A DNA stretch of 64,000 nucleotides. Origin: Eledone cirrhosa. Taxonomy: Eukaryota. The notes under the pieces are model-generated. The model made no database searches. It worked only from the letters and a program-made list of their open reading frames with translations, and was not told the DNA's origin. Shown here in pieces: positions 54,359 through 64,000 of this stretch. Numbering within the stretch: the first letter of the stretch is position 1; every line of letters starts with the position of its first letter. The position numbers and the translations under genes are program-made. The stretch is from the NCBI GenBank assembly GCA_964016885.1, contig OZ024748.1, forward strand, positions 51,708,001-51,772,000. Direction: 5' to 3'.

Positions 54359-54726
54359 ACTATTCTATGTCTGAGAAATGGGCAAAAATCCAAACCGCAT
54401 TTATAAACTGAGGCTGGTAATCAACATATTGTTTAGAAGGCATATAGAAGCCAACCCTTCATTTCACTATCGGTTGCTTGGTCACACATTCCTCAGCTTA
54501 TATTTGAGGATGTACAGTAATCTCTACTTTGGTATTGAGTAATCATTTTCATAACTCTCAATACTAAGCAGATAGATATCACAGCCTCCCTGGTGTTGGT
54601 GACTTACACAATAAACACAGCCAGTACATTCTGTAAAGTGGTTAGTGATAGGAAGGGCACCCAGCTGTTGAAAGGTTGCCAAACAAGCGGTTGGTTGACC
54701 TACTGGTTGTGTCAGAGACATGATGA

Positions 54727-54780
<54 letters not shown>

Positions 54781-54840
54781 ACATAGAAAATTGAATGTCA
54801 AACAGCAACAGTGGTGAAGCTGATTATATGTAATCAGGAA

Positions 54841-54900
54841 AGCCCTGATGATTTCCTTCGAATGAAACAGTTCTAGTCCTGTAGAAGCCATTTCTATATT
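54841..54900 (+). ncRNA. Type I hammerhead-ribozyme-like motif (probably degenerate)
   Basis: CTGATGA (54845-54851), short stem II, GAAA, stem III ACAG/CTGT, cleavage-site triplet GTA at 54881-54883. Stem I pairs poorly in this copy. Confidence 0.5.
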
Positions 54901-55558
54901 AAATATTTATACTAATATAAGCACCCAGTCCATGCTGTAAAGTGGCGCTGGTGTTAGGAAGGGCATCCAACCAGTGTATCAATGCCCAAATGCTTATCAG
55001 CACAGCAACTCTGCTATGTATTGCATACCTATATATATATAGCATCATCATCACTATTTTACATCCATTTTCCATTCTTCCTTGGGGTTGAGACAGGTTG
55101 TCATGTTCTGAAGTCAGGCAGGTGAGATGACTGAATCTCATGAATTCCATTCTGTAACAGGTGTGTTACCAACCAGCACTATGACCATAGAGTGTGGGCT
55201 GAGTGCATTTTTTTGTCACCAGCACTACCATTGGGCACTGATTTTGTCCTCAGTCAGGCTGGGGGGGGGGGGGGAGAGGTAAGAGCAGAGGCTTCCATCA
55301 TAATTTTATCCATGACCCTTTGTTAAGTTATGTTCCAAACATAAGTCTAAAAATGATGAAGTTATATTACTACACACAAACCTATTCAAATTCTTGCTTA
55401 TTTTCAAAACTATTTGAAAACCACAGGCAATGTCTTTTATTAGTAATTTTTTACAGAAAGGGTTAAAGCATCCATTGGATTAAATTGACTAAGCAGGTCA
55501 ATGGTTAAAGGTATTTCAGCTGTGACCATCTAGTGACCATAAGACTGTGGGGAACACA

Positions 55559-55776
55559 TTAACCCTTTAGCATTTACATTACTCAATATATATACTATTA
55601 TATTTTCATGTTAAAGACTTTATCTCACATAATACCGAATCTATGAGATTTTGATATTATTTATTTTAAGAACAATACCTTAACATCAGTATGAGTGGCT
55701 AGTTACAGTTGGTTTGAACAGAAACAGGTGAAAGAATTCTGGCCAGATAAGGCCGGTTTTAATGATAAAGAGTTAA
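55559..55776. mobile_element. piggyBac-type MITE
   Basis: TTAA-CCCTTTAGCATTTAC ... TAATGATAAAGAG-TTAA. Confidence 0.8.
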
Positions 55777-55819
55777 GGGATAATTAGCTTCTATTTCTCT
55801 TGGTCATTTATTCTCTCTC

Positions 55820-56370
55820 AGTCACTCACACTCTACCACTCACTCACACTGTGTCACTCATTCTCTCAGTCACTCACACTCTACCAACTACTCACATTCT
55901 ACCACTCACTCACTCTGTGTCACTCATTCTCTCAGTCACTCACACTCTACCAACTACTCACATTCTACCACTCACTCACACTATCACTCACACACACTCT
56001 ACCAACTACTTACATTCTACCACTCACTCACACTATCACTCACTCACACTCTACCAACTACTTACACTCTATCACTCACTCACACTCTACCAACTACTTA
56101 CACTCTATCACTCACTCACACTATCACTCACTCACACTCTACCAACTACTTACACTCTACCACTCACTCACACTATCACTCACTCACACTCTACCAACTA
56201 CTTACACTCTACCACTCACTCACACTATCACTCACTCACACTCTACCAACTACTTACACTCTATCACTCACTCACACTCTACCAACTACTTACACTCTAT
56301 CACTCACTCACACTCTACCAACTACTTACACTCTACCACTCACTCACACTCTATCACTCATTCTCTCAGT
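55820..56370. repeat. CACT-rich compound minisatellite (18-bp-based subunits)
   Basis: CACTCACTCACACTCTAC, CAACTACTTACACTCTAT and CACTCACTCACACTAT subunits are shuffled. Accounts for the 282-aa pseudo-ORF. Confidence 0.9.
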
Positions 56371-56494
56371 CACTTCTTTACTCTACCTTTCACCCAGTCT
56401 CACTTTCTCTTTCATTAATTCACTCAATCAATCCAACTGTACCTTTTTTACTTTCTATCTCCTTAACTCTCCAGCTCAGACTCATTTACATACG

Positions 56495-56777
56495 GGGGGG
56501 GGGGGACCCTCTTTGGTCACACATGAGCATGGAAGACCAGCAGTCACCCATGCATACCAGTCTCCCCTCTCCATGCCACCGATGTTGTCCAAGGAAAAGG
56601 CTGATACAGCTTGGCACCAGTGATGTTGCAACTCATTTCTACAGCTGAGTGAACAGGGGCAATGTGAAATAAAGTGTCTTGCTCAAGAACACAATACAAA
56701 GCCCAGTCCAAGAATTTAACCCATAAGCTCATGATTGTAAGCTTGACACTCTAACCACTAAGCCATGTGCCTTCACC
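56495..56777 (-). mobile_element. CORE-type tRNA SINE (different 3' tail)
   Basis: Reverse complement reads GGTGAAGGCACATGGCTTAGTGGTTAGAG (A box) ... CTTGAGCAAGACACTTTATTTCACATTGC (CORE). Confidence 0.85.
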
Positions 56778-58482
56778 ATTTACAAACACAGAAACACAAA
56801 CATACATACATACACATGCACACAGATGCATTGAGAGATATTTGGGTACTATTTCGCCTGTTCATTTACAAAGTGGTTTTCCTAAAGACATGGTTATGGC
56901 TGCACCGAAGATCGAGAAGCTTGTGCACAGGTATCTGATAAGATAGCTAAAACTATATTTTAATATTGTTTGCTACAGCTGCTACTGATGATGTTGATGA
57001 TGTAGAAAAGTGTACAGATAATGATAATGTCATAAAACTACCAACACCATTACCATCACCAAAATAATTTCTCCAATTTTCCATCTTTTAGCCATTATAC
57101 TTACAATATTCTAATAATTAACACTATGGAGAAAAAATACCTCATAATGCTTAATGGGTCATTAAATCACAACCAGAGAATTCCTCTTAATGCAATATCA
57201 TATGAAGGACAAGTAAAGCTAATTGCAAACATGATGAGTTACTGAAATGCAGCTGGTTATCAAACTTGCATTGCTGACTCAGCCTATAAGTAGCTTAGCA
57301 CCATTCTACAACACCTTTATAAGCACAAGGCAACAATGGAGATTTTAGAATTAGCAGCCAAATCTCCATCAGATCACTCCCTACTAATTTAAACAAGGAA
57401 GAGCATATCAGATAAAGTTAGTGCTGCCTAATCCTGATGAGAAGGTCATGGTTGGAATATCGTTAATCCCACATTTACTTGATCAGGATGGGCCTATTGT
57501 TGGTTAATCATTGATAACTCATATGATTAATATTGATTTCTAATTTAGCCACAAAGCCAGCAAAGTTGGGACGAGAATAGTTGATTAACCTTTAGCACAC
57601 TGAATGTTTTTATGAATTGCTTCCCTTGACACTATATTATGTATTAAGGGGAGATTACTCTATCGGTGACATAATGCACCTAGAGTGCCCAGAAGATTAA
57701 ATCAACCTCAGTACTTAATGGGTACTTTACTTTATCGATCTGGAAGGATGAAAGTCAAAGTTAACCTTGCAGGGATGGGAACTCAGAATGTAAAGAACCA
57801 GAACAAATTCTGCAATAGCATTTTATCCGATGCTCTACCAATTCTGCCAATCCTCCATCTGTATGGTTTATATTGCAATAAACAGAAAATCAATGAATTG
57901 GGTGTGGCGATCAAGTAACCACATTTTGATTTATTAAAATCATTAGGACAAAATAAAATAAATAAATAAATAACTATAATTGCAGAATAGAAACAAAATA
58001 AAATTTGTGAATGGCGGGATAGGGGTGAGGCAGATGATGCAGTTCCTTGTATTGCTCTAAATGGTAGTTAAACCACCCTCAAAACAAACATTCTGAAAAA
58101 AAAGAACAAAAAAAAGACTGCATAGCCACAACCAGAAAATCTTAAGTCATAAAGATACAGGATCAGGGCTGACCTAGGGTTAAATAACATCAAAAGGAGC
58201 ATATGTGGAGTTACATGACCAGTTAGATGTAGCAGCAAATCATCTTCAAATTATACATTCTACTATCTTAAAATGGTTACTTTAGATAATGTAGTTCTAG
58301 AGAAATTTATCTGGAAAAACAAACGAGAGGAAGAACACGGCTAGAATGCCATTGATTATAGGTTTCCTGGTAGTGATTAAGGCTCACATGGATACAGAAA
58401 TGTTCCTTTGAAAATAGAATGAAGTGATTTGAAGAAACATTATTTGAATAACAGATGTACCATTATCTAACATTCAAAGCAT

Positions 58483-58859
58483 ACATGTGCAAACTGCAGC
58501 TCGTGACCTGCATGTGGCCCATTTGGCTCTCTGAATAGCATGCCTCTAAGGGTCAGCTGAAAGGTTCTAAGACAGAAACGTTTATAGGATGACCAAAATA
58601 CTCTCATGGAGTGAGCAAACAAGGCTTATTTTTCAACATAGTCCCTGAAAAAAGACAAGAAGAGTTATTGACAAGAAGAGTTGAAATTAATTCATATAAG
58701 ATTTTGCAGCTCTAACATCACTCCTTCATAGTCAGTTTATAATCTTTTCAGCTAAACCGTGTAACTTCAAAATTGCCTAAAAAGTTTTGATAATGTGGCC
58801 TGCCTTAAGACAAGCTATATTTTATGTGGCCCACTGCTTGAAAAAGGTGCCAATGCCTG
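58483..58859. mobile_element. Degenerate hAT (Charlie-type) MITE containing a nested mariner-type MITE (~58546-58763)
   Basis: Outer ends GTGCAAACTGCAGC.CG...ATGTGGCCC and ATGTGGCCC...AAAAAGGTGCCAATGCCTG. Inner ends GGGTCAGCTGAAA...TTTTCAGCT. Confidence 0.55.
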
Positions 58860-58913
58860 ATTTAAAGAAATGTTATTCTAAAAACTAAGATATTTATGCA
58901 GAAAGAATACTTT

Positions 58914-58983
58914 GGGGGGCAATTATCGATGCATTTTGAACTCAACTTTTGTCTGTGATTAAATGCATCGACGATTGTTCCCC
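58914..58983 (+). ncRNA. Candidate pre-miRNA-like hairpin
   Basis: 23-position stem with three G:U pairs and one mismatch, 24-nt loop, plus basal pairing GCAGAA/TTCTGC. The 3' arm begins TAAATGCA. Confidence 0.3.
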
Positions 58984-59136
58984 TTGCTTCTGCCAGACAC
59001 TGCTTGGTGGCGTTAGCTGCCAGTGTTTTTCATAGCTATGGCTTTCTAAACGTTTATCTATAAGTATACCGTATTTCTTTAGAAATACGAAATTCAAATA
59101 CATATTTGTATACAGCTATGTTCGAAGATAAATTCT

Positions 59137-59226
<90 letters not shown>

Positions 59227-59342
59227 TAATAGTAATAATAATAAAATTGAAGACTATATTATATATTTATCATATATATATATATTATATATTTATCATA
59301 TATATATATATTATATATTTATCATATATATATATATATTAT

Positions 59343-59548
59343 ATAGGAACGAGTAGGACCCCGACGGCTGAGCTCAAGCCGTTTCGACGGCTAATTCTGG
59401 ACTATTTAGTCCAGAATTAGTCGTCGAAACGGCTTGAGCTCAGCCGTCGGGGGTCCTACTCGTTCCTATTACCCACTCTACTACCCTAAGTATTGAGTAC
59501 TTTGGTGCGTTATGGTCCACCTGGTTCCTTACCACATTCCCTTCGTTA

Positions 59549-59552
<4 letters not shown>
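59343..59552 (+). mobile_element. Fold-back Penelope-pLTR/retrozyme-like element in (TA)n carrying the 3' half of a hammerhead motif
   Basis: 62/63-bp inverted arms at 59343-59404 and 59407-59469. GAAAC-GGCT-TGAGCTC-AGCC-GTC at 59426-59448. The tail CTCTACT..GTATTGAGTACTTT..GGTC.ACC is shared with ~46260 and ~59860. Confidence 0.6.
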
Positions 59553-59580
<28 letters not shown>

Positions 59581-59719
59581 CATCATTTTTACATCAAAAT
59601 TTCCATGCTGTTATCGATTCAACATAACGATTTAAGGAAATGTTTTACAGCCAGAAGCCCTTCCTGACAACATTTTTGTTGCTTTATGAATACATATATT
59701 TTATTATTATTATTATTAT

Positions 59720-59900
59720 TATGAAAATGACTTATACAGGGAAGAGAACTGATTCATTTGTAAGAAATCATCACAACTTTTTGGATGCTTTCTTAGAAAT
59801 GAAACAGTTCTAGTCCAGTAGAAGTCATTTCTATAATAAAATAAATATGTCTATACTCTACTTGTGTATTGAGTACTTTACTGACGTCACCTCTCAATAA
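59720..59900 (+). mobile_element. Degenerate copy of the 46119-46310 fold-back hammerhead-like element
   Basis: Same inverted layout and GAAACAGTTCTAGTCCAGTAGAAGTCATTTCTATAATAAAATAAATATG.CTATA.TCTACT. The CTGATGA core is mutated. Confidence 0.6.
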
Positions 59901-60377
59901 ACATATATATACATATATATATGCCTACTAAGGTCACTGTGTTCTAGCCACTGGTCAGTTCTCCTATAGGTCAAGTATGTTGTTATTTGAAAGTACTTAT
60001 GTTATCATTTGTGATGGGACCGTTTAGTCTCAAATCAGGCTTTACTGAGAAGTCGTTTGATCAAAGAAATTTGTGTATCCTATCTATTCTGATAAAATTC
60101 AACTATAACTAAAATATCCAATATTTACTTATCTCTTGTAATTCTTTAAATACCAACCAACCAACCCAGCCAAACCTGCCTTAATTAATTTGTTCAAAAT
60201 TCAATTCAAACCTTGGACTGAAATCTCATTATTAAATGACAAATAAAATTAGATTCTAGTAATTAAATATTTATCTTTTAAAATTAAGTTAAAAGTATTC
60301 TGTTATATATAATTTTCAAATTTCGAATATCTATATTGGTAAAAATAGTATAACACCATTTTATTTCTCAACTAAGC

Positions 60378-60579
60378 TACAGAGGTCAGCTGAAAAGTTC
60401 AAAGGCTAACCAAGATACTCCCGTGGAATTACCAAATGAGGTTTATTTTTCAACGTAAACCCTGAAAAGACACAATGCAGCTATTAATAAGAAGAGTTGA
60501 AATTAATGCATACAAGACTTCATAGCTCTAGCATCATTCCTTCATTGTCAGCCTATGAAGTTTTCAGCTAACCCTTATA
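60378..60579. mobile_element. Tc1/mariner-type MITE
   Basis: TA-CAGAGGTCAGCTGAAAAGTTC ... GAAGTTTTCAGCTAACCCTTA-TA. Body matches 58546-58763; another end lies at ~31692-31716. Confidence 0.7.
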
Positions 60580-60666
60580 TTTCACTAAAGCTCATATAAC
60601 TTGATTATTTTGATAATTAAAACACAAAAGCATTATATTCTTGTTAGAGATATAGTCACAAAAGGG

Positions 60667-60903
60667 TTAACCCTTTAGCATTTACATTACTCTATATTTA
60701 GTATTATATTTTTTCATAGTAAAGGATTTACTTCACATAATTATCTCACATAATATAAAATCTATGAGATTTTGATATTATATATTAATATTTAGAGAAC
60801 AATACCTTAATATCAGTAAAAGCAGCCGGTTACAGCTGGTTTGAACAGAAAGAGGTGAGAGAATTCTGGACCAATATGGCAAGTTTAAATACTAAAGAGT
60901 TAA
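60667..60903. mobile_element. piggyBac-type MITE
   Basis: TTAA-CCCTTTAGCATTTAC ... TAAATACTAAAGAG-TTAA. Abuts another element end AAAGGG at the same TTAA. Confidence 0.8.
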
Positions 60904-61442
60904 AGACAATAGCAGATAACTTGAGAGATTCAGCTGCTGTTTCTAGCAGATGAAATGACAATATAGATATTCTGGCTTGTAATACAGTAAAGTATTTATT
61001 AGACAAAAAAAAAAAAAATGCCACTTTTCAGTAATGTTATTTTTTCATGTCAGGATAAATATTGATAATTTCTAACATACAGTTATGGCTGCAACATTTG
61101 AAGGAAGTTATGGTTGATTTGATCAAACCAAATATTTAAGTGGTACTTGTTTTATTTACCTGAGAAGCAGACATGTAAAGTTGATCCTCAATGGGATTTG
61201 AACTCCGGATATAAAGAGACATAACTAAATAAGTATTTAGTCTGACATTTTAGAGATTTTGCAATTTGCTGCCCTCACTGATGATAATATAATTGATGAT
61301 GATGATGATGATGATGATGATGACGATTATATAAATGATGATGAGGAGGAGGAGGAAGAGGAGTGGGAGGAGGAGGAAGAGTACACCAATGATGATGTGG
61401 ACATTTTTTTCTTGTGTGTGAGTATCTGTATATAAATTTGTT

Positions 61443-61477
<35 letters not shown>

Positions 61478-61486
61478 GTGTGTGCA

Positions 61487-61521
<35 letters not shown>

Positions 61522-62325
61522 GTGTGTGTTTGTATGTGTGTATGCATGTATATGTATGTAGGTATATATGTGTGTGTGTGTAGTGTATGTGTCACAATGT
61601 GCAGAGTTTGAAGAAGCAGTGATATGAGTCTGCAAGAAATTTCATCAGTTTTTATTTGATGCTATATCTGCATCAAATATTGCAAGGTAAGGGGTATGGA
61701 TGGAGTGGGGTCGCAGAAACAAAAAAAAAAAAACAAAGCAAAAAAATAAAACAGAACAAAAAATAAAAAGGTGTGGGAGAGAGGTGAGAGAGAGAGAACC
61801 CAGATGAAATAATTTTGCTGCTTCATTTGGCATCAGCAGCACCAAATGCTCGGAATATCATGCGACCGGAATATAGAATTCTACTAAACATTCATTTCGT
61901 TTGATGTTCTTCATTAGAATTGGTAAAACATGTAGAGATTTATTTGCTAAATTAAAAAGTTCAAATACTTCCAAAATGAGAATTAATGTAAATAACATAA
62001 CATCAGGATTTAGAAGCTTATGGGGGGTTTTTTCTAGCTATTTTTTTTCTACCCTGTCTCTAATATCTTTTAACTTCTATGTGTTTTGTTTTATTTTTTT
62101 ACCCCTTTTTTTTATTATTTTATTTATTTTTTTTTTGGTTTCACCGTTTTCGTCATCAGCAGCTTAATGTCCAATTACAATGGTGGCATTGCTTAGACTG
62201 AAAAAAAATCCTTGTAAATATATATGTGTGTGTGTAAGCATTTATATATATATACATATATATATATATGCATATATGTGTGTATATATATATGCATATA
62301 GTGTGTATATATATATATGCATATA

Positions 62326-62363
<38 letters not shown>

Positions 62364-62766
62364 TATATGTATGTATTGCAATTTTTGTCTTTAGTATTCA
62401 TGATATATTTTGTTTTACTTTTTTGCACATTATTCCAACCTGGTCTTAATCATATATTGATAATTTGTGCTGGCTTCTAAATAGAATTGCAAACTAACCA
62501 GTGGGTTAGTTTGCACTGAGAAGAGCCAATATATAACATATCTATGAGAGGATCTAAAGCTTCAATTTCTTTCTTTTGAACTAAGCTTTTCATTTCCAGG
62601 GGAAAAAGCAGTTGCCATGACATTTGATTGCAGAGTTAACAAAATTTTTACTTCATCAACGAATGCTTCCCTAATTTCATGTTGATTCCATTAGAAATGG
62701 AAGCCCAGCTTTATATGTTATTTCCTTTTTGATATATGTATGTGTATATATATATATGTATACATT

Positions 62767-62812
<46 letters not shown>

Positions 62813-63704
62813 TATATATATATATATATGTGTGACTATTTTGGTTTTTCTATATCTAGTATTCTTTCATTCTCTTCTTATATATATATATATATATATA
62901 TGCAGGACAGAATGGAATTCTTGGATTAAGCTGGTCACTTGAAGCTAGGTGAATTTATCAAAGCTGATATCATAAAACATCATCTCCTTAAATACATCCC
63001 TGAAACAACAACAACAGTAACAACAACAAGCCTTTTAAGACCATTTTTCTCTGCTAAGGCAGGAGGTAGCATTGTGAAAGTCATGACAAGCTCCTTGCAG
63101 TTTCTCTCCTCCCCCTTTCATTTCTTCTTCCATCATTTCAGTAACCATGTCCTTCTTGGTGCCCCCTCCCCTTTCTTCTTCTTACTACTACATCCATTCC
63201 CACCACTCCTCTCACCCTGTCACTTCCACCATTCCATAGCTCCCCTCCCACCCTCAGCCTGATATGAAATCTTATATGGTTGAAACGTTTATTCATACCA
63301 AAAGTCAAATTATTTGCTTTTGCTATTTTATGTATTCTTATACATATAATTTTTTTTTATTTTCTGAAAATGTTTTCTTCTTCAAAACAAAATAATTATA
63401 ATAATAAATAAATATAAAAAAAAAAATGATAATAATAAACATATATAGATATTTTGTTTTGTAAGTTTTCTCTAGCAATTGGTTGCTAGGTGAAGCAATG
63501 AATGACCTCAGATCAGTCCCTAATCTCAGAGGCTCAATATATCATGCAAGATTATGACAGCGCTAGTAATGGTAGAAATAAAATTTGGGCACTGCCGATG
63601 AATTTGGGGATCCAAAGGCTTTTGATAAAAGATGTATGGTGTTTACGGACTGTGCCTAGTGCTCCAATGATAATATCAATAACAATATTACTACAAATAA
63701 CAAT

Positions 63705-64000
63705 GATTTCTACTATAGGCACAAGGCAAGCAATCGGGGGGGGGGGGAGGAAAGTTGATTATATTGACCCCAGTGCATGACTGGTGCTTTATTTTATTGA
63801 CCATGTAAAGATGAAAGACAAAACAGGATTTGAGCTCAGAATGTAAAGGGCTATAACTCTATGCCACAAAGTAGGGTGTCCAATGCACTACAGATACTGC
63901 CAATTCCAATACTGCCTAATAATAATTGTTTATACTTTTAGCACAAGGCCAGCAATTATCCCAGTGTATTACTGGTACTTTATTTTATCGACCCCGTAAG
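63705..64000 (-). mobile_element. Two head-to-tail SINE family A copies (the second runs off the window)
   Basis: Reverse-complement consensus matches at ~63705-63920 and 63920-64000. Confidence 0.8.

Noticed and set aside
56840-56940. CpG-containing stretch that could be a small exon (…GFPKDMVMAAPKIEKLVHR|gt)
   Set aside because: Weak splice sites, no recognisable homology and no partner exons; cannot be supported without RNA-seq.

Overview
AT-rich, repeat-dense eukaryotic DNA, not prokaryotic. The SINE families and the very high microsatellite load resemble coleoid cephalopod (Octopus-like) intronic or intergenic sequence; this is recognition from memory, not a database result. I found no recognisable host protein-coding gene, and almost every ORF in the supplied track is a microsatellite or minisatellite artefact. 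The coding remnants I can identify are all transposon-derived: a 5'-truncated RTE-clade LINE with a PHD-like finger (18039-19366), an RTE 3' end with a 5' inversion (46681-47092), smaller RTE ends, a hAT (Charlie/Buster-like) transposase pseudogene (~28120-28870), and the C-terminus of a restriction-like-endonuclease (CRE-like) retroposon (36066-36334, minus strand). The window also holds many tRNA-derived SINEs, piggyBac-, mariner- and hAT-type MITEs, and three tandem arrays. The most unusual signal is a set of short elements, mostly sitting in (TA)n tracts, that carry type I hammerhead-ribozyme-like motifs and fold-back inverted duplications (Penelope pLTR/retrozyme-like). There are also long palindromes, one of them lying inside a SINE target-site duplication. 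Other leads are an 85-bp satellite derived from a SINE head, local direct and inverted segmental duplications, and one pre-miRNA-like hairpin. Boundaries of degenerate elements are approximate.
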